A stretch of DNA of 64,000 nt from a virus: IMG/VR virus record IMGVR_UViG_3300032038_000062, positions 1-64,000 of that record; one strand, 5' to 3'. Of the stretch, positions 29,322 to 38,873 are shown one piece after another. The translations under genes were made by a program, and so were the position numbers. The notes below the pieces were generated by a model. The model did not search any database. It saw only the letters and a program-made list of their open reading frames with translations, and had not been told where the DNA came from. Within the stretch, counting starts at the first letter, position 1, and each line of letters begins with the position of its first letter.

Positions 29322-29675
29322 TTAGTCCTCATTAATGCAATCCAAAACCCTTTTATCAAACCCAAACCAACTCTTCCATCCTTCACCTACTATCGTTTCT
29401 ACTTTAATAGTAACTTCAAGGCTAGGAAAGTAAGTCCTTAATTCTTGTACAAAAGTTTCATACATTTCTTTAACATTTTCTAAATTGCTATCTGTAAAAC
29501 CAAAACCTAAAACAACTCGTTTATCGGTTGTATATTCAAAAACAGTATTGCAACCTGAAATACTGTTTATAGCATTAATAGTTTTAATGGCTTTGTCATT
29601 ACTCTTACGAAAAGCCTTTAAATCATAAATATTCTTAGCTAAATTAATATAACCATAAGTTGTATATAACGCCAT
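29322..29675 (-). CDS. Small hypothetical protein (divergent or unrelated member of the array)
   Basis: 117 aa; lacks the C-terminal motif. Confidence 0.45.
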   Translation of the reverse strand: MALYTTYGYINLAKNIYDLKAFRKSNDKAIKTINAINSISGCNTVFEYTTDKRVVLGFGFTDSNLENVKEMYETFVQELRTYFPSLEVTIKVETIVGEGWKSWFGFDKRVLDCINED

Positions 29676-29687
29676 GTTCTTCTCCTT

Positions 29688-30026
29688 TTATCTAAACCAA
29701 AATTCTTCTTTTATCATTACATCCGCGCCAAGCTCTATTAATGTGTCATAAACGGCATTTGCATTTGCCATATTTATTTCGCTATTCATAGTTACATAAT
29801 AATGAGCTTCTGGGTGTTTTTTATAATAACTTCTAATACTATCTGTAAAAAATTCTAGCATCGTATCAGAACTAGCCGAAAAGGTTTGATCGGGTTTTCC
29901 CGGTTTAGCCCAAAAAAGTTTCATCCCAGTTTCTTGGCAAACTACTGATACACTTAAATCTATTAGCACTGGGTCTTCTCCAGAAAAGAAATCTTTTATT
30001 CTAATGTCTTTTACTTCCCTCTCCAT
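29688..30026 (-). CDS. Small protein, family member 5
   Basis: C-terminal NAVYDTLIELGADVMIKEE, with HYYV motif upstream. Confidence 0.5.
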   Translation of the reverse strand: MEREVKDIRIKDFFSGEDPVLIDLSVSVVCQETGMKLFWAKPGKPDQTFSASSDTMLEFFTDSIRSYYKKHPEAHYYVTMNSEINMANANAVYDTLIELGADVMIKEEFWFR

Positions 30027-30030
30027 TTAA

Positions 30031-30402
30031 TTATCCCCTATAAATCTCTGGCGGCTCCCACGTCCATTCTATTTCTTCTAATAGTATTACGTCTGCTCCA
30101 ATATTTACTAAAAAATTATATGTTTCATCAATTAGACCTTGTTCTTCTATGGTACTGTCATTATAATAAACAATATAGTAATGTAATTTTGGGTTATGAT
30201 GATAGTAATCAGCAAGTCCTTTTTTAACAAGTTCTATTTTATTTAAATTATCCTCATGATAAGGAATAGTATTATCAAGAGAAGATAACCATTCCGCACC
30301 AAATATTTTTATTTTATTTTCATTACTGTCATTTATTATTAAAACGCTGTTCTGCATAAAATGGGGGTTATTTTTAAAAAAATCTTTTACCTCTACAAAC
30401 AA
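30031..30402 (-). CDS. Small protein, family member 6
   Basis: C-terminal DETYNFLVNIGADVILLEE, with HYYIV motif upstream. Confidence 0.5.
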   Translation of the reverse strand: MFVEVKDFFKNNPHFMQNSVLIINDSNENKIKIFGAEWLSSLDNTIPYHEDNLNKIELVKKGLADYYHHNPKLHYYIVYYNDSTIEEQGLIDETYNFLVNIGADVILLEEIEWTWEPPEIYRG

Positions 30403-30421
30403 CTCTCCACTTCCAATCTAA

Positions 30422-30940
30422 TTACATATCGTCTGAAAACTCTTTAAATAAATTTTGAAGTTTTTCTACCGTATCTCCAGGTTCAACTAGAAAAGTTAAC
30501 ACTTTATCACTTGCATTACTTTTCCAATTTCCCCTAACCTTTATTTGCTCATTTCGCGCGACGTCGCATAAAAACTTCAAATATTCCTCCCAAGTTAAAT
30601 CAGAATATTGTTCTCTTGATAGCTGTACATCACTAACAAAACCGTCAGAATAATTACTACACCAATGGTTCTGGAAACTTTCATAATAACCCCAAATCGT
30701 CGCGGCAAGTTTTAAATTATTATAATATGTTTCATTATCTTTTTTCTGCGCCCAATAATTACCACCACATAGCGGAATAGGCTTTATTTTTTCCTCCGCC
30801 GCTTTGAGTAATTTCTTGGTAGAATCTACTCGTTCAAAAAAACTAGGATAATTTTCCTTAATTAAATTTAAAATAAATCTATCCCTCAATAATTTTGCTA
30901 ATTCTTCGTCTGTTAAATAATGACTCTTCTTAATATCCAA
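30422..30940 (-). CDS. Hypothetical protein
   Basis: 172-aa ORF. Confidence 0.45.
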   Translation of the reverse strand: MDIKKSHYLTDEELAKLLRDRFILNLIKENYPSFFERVDSTKKLLKAAEEKIKPIPLCGGNYWAQKKDNETYYNNLKLAATIWGYYESFQNHWCSNYSDGFVSDVQLSREQYSDLTWEEYLKFLCDVARNEQIKVRGNWKSNASDKVLTFLVEPGDTVEKLQNLFKEFSDDM

Positions 30941-31183
30941 TCACTCTTCCTCCGCATAGCAAATACTGGTAACATCTTTTGAACGAATAGGATATATTTC
31001 TTTTTCTTTAAGATGATTTTCTTTTACTCCATATAAGACTTTTCCAATCTTTTCTTCAAGAACTTCCACTTTTAATTTCTTAATACCTTCTAAAGTCCAA
31101 CCATTGGGTGGTGTTGCTAATCGGTATAATGTACTATCGCCGCAGTTTACAAAGACTTGATATTTACTCTTATCCATTATCAA
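30941..31183 (-). CDS. Hypothetical protein
   Basis: 80 aa with the conserved promoter upstream. Confidence 0.45.
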   Translation of the reverse strand: MIMDKSKYQVFVNCGDSTLYRLATPPNGWTLEGIKKLKVEVLEEKIGKVLYGVKENHLKEKEIYPIRSKDVTSICYAEEE

Positions 31184-31278
31184 TTCCTCCCTATTATTCT
31201 ATATATATTATACTAAAAAATATATAAAAAGTCAAAAAAAAAGAGTAGCCATTACAGCTACTCCTTTCTAAAAGTGCC

Positions 31279-32007
31279 TTAATTACCAAGAAAATATTCC
31301 CTCAACTCGCACTCGTGCTTCTTAAACTCTTTCGCCTCTTCTATTGTCAATCCGCCTACAAAAGAAGTAATCTTTTTAAGTGCTGTATCAAAATCATCGT
31401 CTTTACAATCTGCGATTAGCTTTTTAATTCGAGTTACGATTGGTGCCTCCTGCACTTCCTGCTTAGGAGTAATTTTCTTTTCACCAATATTCTTTTTGAG
31501 GAAATCTCCGATAGGAATAATAACCGGCTTAATTGAATTTTCGTCCTCTTTTTCATCTTGGTTCTTGTCATTAATAGGAGTAGCATTCTCCGCTAAAGCT
31601 CCAAAGAAAGCGTCAGCAGCTTCAATTACCTCGCTAGGAACATTTTTAATGCTACTTTTCTGCGCGGGCTTTTCGGGGTTTTTCGGAGTTTTTACTACTG
31701 CCTTTTGCTCTTTTTCCATTAATTCCTCAACAAAGGCTTCATAGACAGGGTTATCATAGGATACGATATCCTCAATCTCTTCAAGCTTATCGTCTTCTAT
31801 AGTCACAAAGAAGGCAATAAAATTACACAACCAATTCGCGCAAGAATCGCACAAATCATGGCTGACTCTTTCGTGTGGTCTGTTACCTTTCTTTACATAA
31901 AAGATATTATCAGCAATGTTGCCGCAACGCTCACAACGTTTTACGGGCATATCACTAGTGCGGGATAAAATTCTAAATAAATCGTTCATAATGACCTCCA
32001 TCATCAT
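31279..32007 (-). CDS. Hypothetical protein with N-terminal CxxC...CxxC zinc finger
   Basis: CERCG...CDSCANWLC. Confidence 0.45.
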   Translation of the reverse strand: MMMEVIMNDLFRILSRTSDMPVKRCERCGNIADNIFYVKKGNRPHERVSHDLCDSCANWLCNFIAFFVTIEDDKLEEIEDIVSYDNPVYEAFVEELMEKEQKAVVKTPKNPEKPAQKSSIKNVPSEVIEAADAFFGALAENATPINDKNQDEKEDENSIKPVIIPIGDFLKKNIGEKKITPKQEVQEAPIVTRIKKLIADCKDDDFDTALKKITSFVGGLTIEEAKEFKKHECELREYFLGN

Positions 32008-32366
32008 ATTTTAGTTATATTATGTTCTATATAATTAATAATCATAGGATTATGTATATCGTGTGAAAGTAAATAGAAATTGAGTTCTTTCTCTTCCCAG
32101 TTTGGTTTTATTTTATTGATGGGCGTTTTTAAATCTTTTGGAAAATCGTTGGGTGAGCAGAATAACAGCTTACTAACAAGTGTTAAACTACTTCCGGTCA
32201 TCTTTGTACTAAAGAAATCTATAATCTCTTTGGTACACATGACTTCTTCTTCTTTTCTCGTTTTTTCATTGCCTGAAAGTACAATTAAAATGCCTTTTAA
32301 TTCTCTTTGATTATCAAGCATTTTTAATGCTGTCTTAAACCAAGCACGATTAAGCGTATGTACCAC
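32004..32366 (-). CDS. Hypothetical protein
   Basis: 120-aa ORF. Confidence 0.4.
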   Translation of the reverse strand: MVHTLNRAWFKTALKMLDNQRELKGILIVLSGNEKTRKEEEVMCTKEIIDFFSTKMTGSSLTLVSKLLFCSPNDFPKDLKTPINKIKPNWEEKELNFYLLSHDIHNPMIINYIEHNITKI

Positions 32367-32367
32367 G

Positions 32368-32958
32368 TTACCACCTCACGTATACGTCTAAAACTCCGTA
32401 AGCACAACCAGTATCATATACTTTTCCTTCTCGTCCAAAAGGGGTGTCAACAATGCTATATCTTGGTAGCATACTCAAATCAGCAGCAAGCACGATATAA
32501 CCATCACCATCACAAACATATCCATCCTCAGTAGTATGTCTGCCAGGAATATTTAAACCATCGCCGGGCAAAACTAACTCACTGTAATAAGTCCAATTAT
32601 AGCCGCCCCAGCTAATCACCCCTGAATTTTGGAACTTGTCAGGAGAATACAGGGCGCCATTATCAACATTAGAACTAGCATAACTGTGACTCCTATCTTC
32701 TGCGTCTTCATTGTCCTCAGTCTTCTCACTTTCAACGGTTTCTGCCTTTATAGCTTTTGTTGTTGGTTGAGTGGTTTTTACTGTGGTCGGCTCAGCTGTG
32801 GTAGAGGTGGTGGTAGTTGAATCTACGGTTGTTACTACCTTTGTTACCTCTGTCATACTTTGTTCATTTGATTTTGAATCTGAATTACAGGCAGTAAAGG
32901 TTGAAAGACCTATTAATACTGCCGCGAGCGCTATAAAAGCTCTCTTAAAAAATTTCAT
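32368..32958 (-). CDS. Lipoprotein with C-terminal 3D (MltA-like / YocH-like) domain, putative peptidoglycan-acting
   Basis: Signal peptide with lipobox-like ...STFTAC, Thr/Ser-rich linker, C-terminal ...VDTPFGREGKVYDTGCAYGVLDVYV matching the 3D-domain Asp pattern. Confidence 0.55.
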   Translation of the reverse strand: MKFFKRAFIALAAVLIGLSTFTACNSDSKSNEQSMTEVTKVVTTVDSTTTTSTTAEPTTVKTTQPTTKAIKAETVESEKTEDNEDAEDRSHSYASSNVDNGALYSPDKFQNSGVISWGGYNWTYYSELVLPGDGLNIPGRHTTEDGYVCDGDGYIVLAADLSMLPRYSIVDTPFGREGKVYDTGCAYGVLDVYVRW

Positions 32959-33022
32959 TCAATTCCCCTTTCTTTTATTATAATATTATTATAATACTTT
33001 TTTCAAATATATTCAAATATTA

Positions 33023-33817
33023 TTACCTAAACATATCTTTAAAGACCAGATTAAGGATATAATTTCCCTTCTTATGAGAAGCACTATAATCTTCTTCTCT
33101 TGATGCTCTACCACCAAAAAAGAGAAGGAATGGTCGCGCAAGTTCCTTTAATTCTTTAAAATCTCCCTCAATCAACTGCCTTTGTTCTTGTGTAAATTCT
33201 TTACTTCCATTTTTTACAGCAAGAAGTTCTTTCTTGGACATTCCATATGGCGCGCAATCATTTTCCACAATATCATCGTAGAAAACACTTTCATATAAAG
33301 GATAACCCTTTAAAAAAGATTGCAAAACGCCAGCCATATAAAAACAATGATGTGCTCTATAATGCCCATTTCCATTAGTTTTATCCCAATCAAAAGCAGT
33401 TACTCTGCCCATAATCTCTCGAAGCAGAGCGTTTTCTTCTCCATAGCTGCTTTCATACAAAACTTTCTCACAATAATCTCCCATATATACTTCATAATCA
33501 CGGTGGAAATAACTGTATTCTTCTTCTCTAAATAGGTAACTATAACAACACATATAGTGACGTAAATCGCCGTTTTCCTTAAAGAACTCTCTCATATCTT
33601 TAACGATAACAGTATCTCCAAGGACTTCAACTTCTTTTGATTTTACACCTTGTACATCATAAACCTCTTCTTTATGTGGAAAAACATAAAAAATACAGTC
33701 AAGGTCACTATTAGCGTCGTTTAATCCAGTAAGTTGACTGCCCCAAACGAAAGCCGCGAAAACTTCTCGTCCATAGCTCTTTTCATATTCTTCTAACAAT
33801 TTAGATAAAGTATTCAT
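33023..33817 (-). CDS. Pol-beta-superfamily nucleotidyltransferase domain protein
   Basis: N-terminal G-S-x(9)-S-D-L-D motif (WGSQLTGLNDANSDLD). The C-terminal 180 aa are unassigned. Confidence 0.5.
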   Translation of the reverse strand: MNTLSKLLEEYEKSYGREVFAAFVWGSQLTGLNDANSDLDCIFYVFPHKEEVYDVQGVKSKEVEVLGDTVIVKDMREFFKENGDLRHYMCCYSYLFREEEYSYFHRDYEVYMGDYCEKVLYESSYGEENALLREIMGRVTAFDWDKTNGNGHYRAHHCFYMAGVLQSFLKGYPLYESVFYDDIVENDCAPYGMSKKELLAVKNGSKEFTQEQRQLIEGDFKELKELARPFLLFFGGRASREEDYSASHKKGNYILNLVFKDMFR

Positions 33818-33829
33818 AATTCCTCCTTT

Positions 33830-34795
33830 CTATCCATAGTAACCCGAATAATCAATAAAACAAGGAGTCCCATCTATTCTAAAGCCATAATTACCGTCAT
33901 GAATATCTTGGCTAATTATTTCAGATAAATGTTTATCCTTTTTTCTAGGAGAAAAAAGAAACCTCAATAGCCTCTTAACCTTCTTTCTCCCATAGGTTTT
34001 TGCCGCTAGTTCTAACCAAACAGCACGAATTATAATACCGTCCTTTTCTGCCCGTTCCGCTGCTTTTTTAGACCAATTATGAACTTTAACGTCTGGATAA
34101 AGTTCTTCTAAACTTTCATCAAAATCAGAAAGCGCTTCCGCTCGCTCTTGAATATATAAAACCCGCTCTCCTATATCTATTTTATCTATACGAGCAAAAA
34201 AGCAATCTATCTTTTTTTCTTTCATCTTTTGATAAACCTTATATTCCACACCGCAATAATTCTCTGCGCCAAGCGGTACTTTATTATACTTTAAATAATA
34301 GTGTTTTTTTCTTAACTCTGTATTAGAAGAAATCCAACTACTAGTATAATCACTACTTGTATCACTGAGATTATGGTCTAAAAACCAATCTTCTGGTACT
34401 TGTGAAATATAATTTTTCGCGGCAAGTTCAAAAATTTCTTGAAAGATATCATCATCTTTTTCCCTGCGTAAAATTGATTGACAACGGTCTAACCAATGGG
34501 CAGCATCCATATAAAAACCATCGCAAGGAAGTTTAATAACGTAATCTATTCTTTTATCCTCTGGCACAATTACAACCTTACTTGCGCCATTATGAAGCGT
34601 AAGCCCTTGATTTCCAATTTCCGTACTAAATAAGGGCTTAAACGCTTCACATATTACTTCTTCTGTTTCTTCTTTGTATGTGCTGCTATAAAGATTACAC
34701 GCCCCAACTATTGCTAAATTTTGTGGAAGCATAAAATCATACAAAAAAACTCTTTTCTCTAAATCATCTTTAATCTTAGATAAATTATACCCCAT
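33830..34795 (-). CDS. Hypothetical protein
   Basis: ORF 33830..34879, trimmed to the internal MGYNLSK start. Confidence 0.4.
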   Translation of the reverse strand: MGYNLSKIKDDLEKRVFLYDFMLPQNLAIVGACNLYSSTYKEETEEVICEAFKPLFSTEIGNQGLTLHNGASKVVIVPEDKRIDYVIKLPCDGFYMDAAHWLDRCQSILRREKDDDIFQEIFELAAKNYISQVPEDWFLDHNLSDTSSDYTSSWISSNTELRKKHYYLKYNKVPLGAENYCGVEYKVYQKMKEKKIDCFFARIDKIDIGERVLYIQERAEALSDFDESLEELYPDVKVHNWSKKAAERAEKDGIIIRAVWLELAAKTYGRKKVKRLLRFLFSPRKKDKHLSEIISQDIHDGNYGFRIDGTPCFIDYSGYYG

Positions 34796-35159
34796 TAAAC
34801 TCCCACGCAATTTTAGTGTAATCGGTCTTATCGCTATATAAGAAATCTCGTCCTTCCTTTTCCCACACAGCACAATCATTTACAATAAAATTGTTTATAG
34901 CTGAGAAGTAATTCCAAGGAGAGTCATAGTTATCTAACCAAACCTTCTTTGTCTGTCCAGTTCTTTTATCTACCATCATAATAGTAGTAAAAAGCTGACC
35001 ACCGGAACCGTCATCAAAAGGTGACCATCTAGCATCTATTTGGCGCATAATGAAGCGTCCGCGCCACAGATTATCATTCTCAATGCCTTTATTAAGACGT
35101 CGAATATTCTTATTAATGGCGCGCTGTGCCTTTTTACGCATCTTACGTCTTGACTTCAT
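34785..35159 (-). CDS. Hypothetical basic protein
   Basis: 124 aa, N-terminal K/R-rich. Confidence 0.45.
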   Translation of the reverse strand: MKSRRKMRKKAQRAINKNIRRLNKGIENDNLWRGRFIMRQIDARWSPFDDGSGGQLFTTIMMVDKRTGQTKKVWLDNYDSPWNYFSAINNFIVNDCAVWEKEGRDFLYSDKTDYTKIAWEFNGV

Positions 35160-35173
35160 AATTAAAACCTCCT

Positions 35174-35563
35174 TTAAAAATCTTCGTGCACGAAGTTATC
35201 TTGGACAAAAACTCGTCTACTTACAAGGTCGCCCCACTCAATAATTTCTTCTTTGTCACTACAATACTCATAAATACAATCTGAGATTTCAGCAAACAAA
35301 GCTGTTTCGTCCCAATATTGTTTACCATTGTCTGTGTAACAGTAATAAATACCCTTGTCGTATTCATCGTTGCCGCTTAGGCAATTTATTATATCTTCTT
35401 CGGTGATAACGACTCGTTCCCAATCTCCTTTTTTAAGAGAACGTCTTCTGGGCTGCCCAAAATCGCTATTGAAATATTCTTGTACTTCTTTTACAAGTTC
35501 CTTAATATCTACTTCTAGCTCACAGAGAGCATAATTATAACAAGAGTGAATAGATATTTTCAT
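35174..35563 (-). CDS. Hypothetical protein, paralog of 35571..35933
   Basis: Shared pattern I(H/Y)xSxYxYxxCE...GxWExVVITExE; start trimmed to MKISIH. Confidence 0.45.
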   Translation of the reverse strand: MKISIHSCYNYALCELEVDIKELVKEVQEYFNSDFGQPRRRSLKKGDWERVVITEEDIINCLSGNDEYDKGIYYCYTDNGKQYWDETALFAEISDCIYEYCSDKEEIIEWGDLVSRRVFVQDNFVHEDF

Positions 35564-35570
35564 TTTGTAA

Positions 35571-35933
35571 TCATCTCCTATTAAGAGTAATTTCCTCGGA
35601 GTATTTTTGTCCGCGGTCAACTATCTTCTCGTTTTCATCTACCAAATCTATTAAAGTTTCAGACATAAAGTCAGCGAGAGACCATTCTTCCCACTCTCCA
35701 TCTCCAAGATAACCATAGACAATTCTACCTTTATTGCCTTCATCTTTAAGCATTTCAATAACTTCTATTTCTGTTATAACTACGGGTTCCCAAGCTCCCT
35801 TTGTGGTAGACCAGCCATAAGTTGAACCAAAATCTAATTTGAGTTCTTCTTGAAGTCTTTGCGTTAACTCCGCCGTATCAAATCTTGATTCACATATAAG
35901 ATAACTATAAGAGGAACGGACATAAATTTCCAT
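35571..35933 (-). CDS. Hypothetical protein, paralog of 35174..35563
   Basis: 120 aa with the conserved promoter upstream. Confidence 0.45.
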   Translation of the reverse strand: MEIYVRSSYSYLICESRFDTAELTQRLQEELKLDFGSTYGWSTTKGAWEPVVITEIEVIEMLKDEGNKGRIVYGYLGDGEWEEWSLADFMSETLIDLVDENEKIVDRGQKYSEEITLNRR

Positions 35934-36030
35934 ATAATTTCTCCTTCCTTATTTTCTATATATATTATATCAAAAATAATATTAAAAATCAAATATATTT
36001 ATTGATGATGAATACATATAGAAAGTTAAG

Positions 36031-36669
36031 TTACCAAGGATAACTAATATAAATGTAACTAAACCCAAAAGACAAATTATTTCGTTCAATCCAATAATAT
36101 CTTAATAACTTTAATACAAGTTTAAATTTTTGTTTATCATCAAAAGCAAAATATAAATCTAAATCTTCAAAAGCTGTGGTTGTTTGGTGTACTACTTCTA
36201 CAGTTCTTTCGATAGTCCCTTGTATTTCCCTGAAAAGTTCTGCCACCTCTTTAAACATTTCTCTTTGTACTACCTCAAAACGACCAAAAGGATTTCTTTC
36301 CTCTTGCTTTTTCATATATTCTTTTGCCGTATAGGTGGGATTAACATCACTATAATATTCCTCTATAGCTGCGCAAGTAAAGGCTTCTCCATAATCATAG
36401 AAAGACATAAGACCTTCATCCTTTGTTTCAACCGTATAAATAATATTAAATGGCGGTGGCGCAGCCTCTTCAACTATACGTTGGTCTACCAAAGAAACTA
36501 ACCAGCTATTTTTAAAAAAAAGAGTCCAAATACCAAAATCAACATAGCAATATTCTTTTTCCTCTGTATTTTTTTCTTCCCAATCTGCTTTAGAAATTAT
36601 CTTATCTTCTAATATAGAGTAATACCCTTCATCAGTTTTAAAGGAGGGTAGTATATGACTAATATCCAT
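36031..36669 (-). CDS. Hypothetical protein
   Basis: 212 aa with the conserved promoter upstream. Confidence 0.45.
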   Translation of the reverse strand: MDISHILPSFKTDEGYYSILEDKIISKADWEEKNTEEKEYCYVDFGIWTLFFKNSWLVSLVDQRIVEEAAPPPFNIIYTVETKDEGLMSFYDYGEAFTCAAIEEYYSDVNPTYTAKEYMKKQEERNPFGRFEVVQREMFKEVAELFREIQGTIERTVEVVHQTTTAFEDLDLYFAFDDKQKFKLVLKLLRYYWIERNNLSFGFSYIYISYPW

Positions 36670-36755
36670 AGTATTCTCCTATCATTTTTTCTATATTTAT
36701 TATACATTAATTATATAAAAAAGTCAAAAAAATAAAGGACTATATAATAGTCCTT

Positions 36756-38540
36756 TTATACTGTTAAAAAACTAGTTATAATTTGTTGGAAATTCTTTAA
36801 GAAATGTGCCCGAATAGTTGTCTTTTTTTGTGCTTCGTATCTTTGTTCATTCCAAGCATCCATTGCAGTGGCTTTATATTTTTTCTGCCATTTTTGCTGG
36901 TCTTTCGCCTTAGGAAAAAGAATTGGGGGAACATCAATACTAACATTAACTATATTTCTTACTCGGCTAACATCTTCTTTTGCAAATTTAATAGCATCAG
37001 CTAATAAAAAAAGAATAAAAGAAAGAGGGACATATATACCATTTAAATCCATCAAATGAATAGCCGTAGGTCCGGGAGATTCTCCACCTAAAGTCTGAAA
37101 ATCATCGAATAAAAAAAGAGCAATATTCTGTGCTAATAAATTTTCAATGTCACCTTTATTAAGAACTTTTTCTCCTATCGCGTCCTCAGCTAATTGTAAA
37201 ATAATTCCCATAAGTGTTTTATAATTCTTTCTTGTAGAACGAGAAACATCATTCATCATTTCCAAGAAATTACTAATATTTTGTTTTTTACCAGCGCTAA
37301 AGCCGCCAAATTTATCATTATAAGTATAGTTCTTAGCAGAAGAATAAACAATAAAACCATTTCTAACATCTTTCAAATCATCATATAACTTCTCAATAGC
37401 TTTAACGTTTTTTGCTCTGTTTATAGAACCGCTACCAGCTTGATAGGATTCTGCTAAACTGCGCGCAACTCTATCAGCATCTATTTCAAGTGTTATGATA
37501 TTATCTGCTTTCATACCGGTCGCGCCAGACGATACAGAACCGCCCTTTTGTCCAGTTTTCTTTAATATAGTATTAACCGTAAAATTCTCAAAAGCCTCCA
37601 ATGTTAAGCCGCCACGCTGATGGATATTTACGCCTACTTGTTTAAAAGTAGCATCATTAGCAATACCATATTTTCCTTTTTCATTCCTTGTCCGAGAAGC
37701 TATACGACCGTTACTATCTATTTCTTCTGTGAGTGCCTTAATTACATCTTGTACCTTATATATATCAAAAAGCTGCTGTACAAAAGGTGAAGAATTACTA
37801 TCTTCTTGCGACAATGCAAAATAAAGCTCTTGATAGGCTTCTCTTTGTCTTTGAAGTTCTTCTGGAGATAGACTTAATTCTAATTCAGCTTGTAATTCCA
37901 ATTCTCGTTCTGGAGAAAACATACGAAGCGCTGCTTGCTTACAAGTTTCTCTTAGCCTAACTTGAAGAAATTCCTTTGCAGCTTCTTCTAAACTTTTATT
38001 TGGTGGTAAGTTATTAAAAACTTCTTCTAAGCCTTTTGCGATATCGTCTAAATCTATTTCTATTTGTTGAATTAGATAAGTATGGTAAACAGAAATAATA
38101 CTTTTCTGACCGCCGCTTAATAATTTATTTGTGACTGGACTAATTCTCTTCTTACTAGTTTGAATTAAAGTAACATTACGTTCATATATTTCTTTAATAC
38201 CAAGAGTCGAGTTGATAGCTTTTGTTAGACCATCATATAACTCTTTAAAATCATTTAATCTTCCACCAGTAAGAAAGCGCGAAGCATCAATTTCTGTTCC
38301 AAAAACGTCTTGTAAGACCTTGATTTCTTTAGATAGCTCTGCTTCTGCCATAGCACGTACTTTGCTATCATCAACTACACTTTCTCCTATTTCTTCTCTA
38401 TAGCGACTAAGAGTTGGTTTAATCTTCCCATATAAATAAGAATAGCCATCACGATTATTTTTTAATCGTTCATAATAGACATAATTACTTGCCATACTTC
38501 CACTATCACTATTTAATAAAACATATTCATCGAGAGCCAT
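36756..38540 (-). CDS. Large hypothetical protein (594 aa)
   Basis: Long ORF; no motif recognised. Confidence 0.45.
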   Translation of the reverse strand: MALDEYVLLNSDSGSMASNYVYYERLKNNRDGYSYLYGKIKPTLSRYREEIGESVVDDSKVRAMAEAELSKEIKVLQDVFGTEIDASRFLTGGRLNDFKELYDGLTKAINSTLGIKEIYERNVTLIQTSKKRISPVTNKLLSGGQKSIISVYHTYLIQQIEIDLDDIAKGLEEVFNNLPPNKSLEEAAKEFLQVRLRETCKQAALRMFSPERELELQAELELSLSPEELQRQREAYQELYFALSQEDSNSSPFVQQLFDIYKVQDVIKALTEEIDSNGRIASRTRNEKGKYGIANDATFKQVGVNIHQRGGLTLEAFENFTVNTILKKTGQKGGSVSSGATGMKADNIITLEIDADRVARSLAESYQAGSGSINRAKNVKAIEKLYDDLKDVRNGFIVYSSAKNYTYNDKFGGFSAGKKQNISNFLEMMNDVSRSTRKNYKTLMGIILQLAEDAIGEKVLNKGDIENLLAQNIALFLFDDFQTLGGESPGPTAIHLMDLNGIYVPLSFILFLLADAIKFAKEDVSRVRNIVNVSIDVPPILFPKAKDQQKWQKKYKATAMDAWNEQRYEAQKKTTIRAHFLKNFQQIITSFLTV

Positions 38541-38548
38541 ATAATCAC

Positions 38549-38818
38549 CTACTTAATTTTGAAGTATTCCTTTAATGAGTAAGTACCATCAATAAATTCA
38601 ATCCAATCGCCGGCAATACGCTTTATCTCAATAACTTCTTGCGGTTGCCGCACTTTAACAACTTGCGCTTTTAGTGATGGACCTCTTCTTGAATTTACCA
38701 AAACTAAAGCAGTCGCTTTTCTTACTTTTGTATCTTTCTTTACTTTTTCGCTAGGTAAAGAAATCTTTTTCTTCTTTATATCCTTAACCATAATACCTCC
38801 TAAATACAAAAAAGGCAT
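38549..38818 (-). CDS. Hypothetical basic protein
   Basis: 89-aa ORF. Confidence 0.4.
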   Translation of the reverse strand: MPFLYLGGIMVKDIKKKKISLPSEKVKKDTKVRKATALVLVNSRRGPSLKAQVVKVRQPQEVIEIKRIAGDWIEFIDGTYSLKEYFKIK

Positions 38819-38873
38819 TTCTCACGAAACGCCTATGGTATATATAAACAGATAGATTATTTGACCTATCTGA

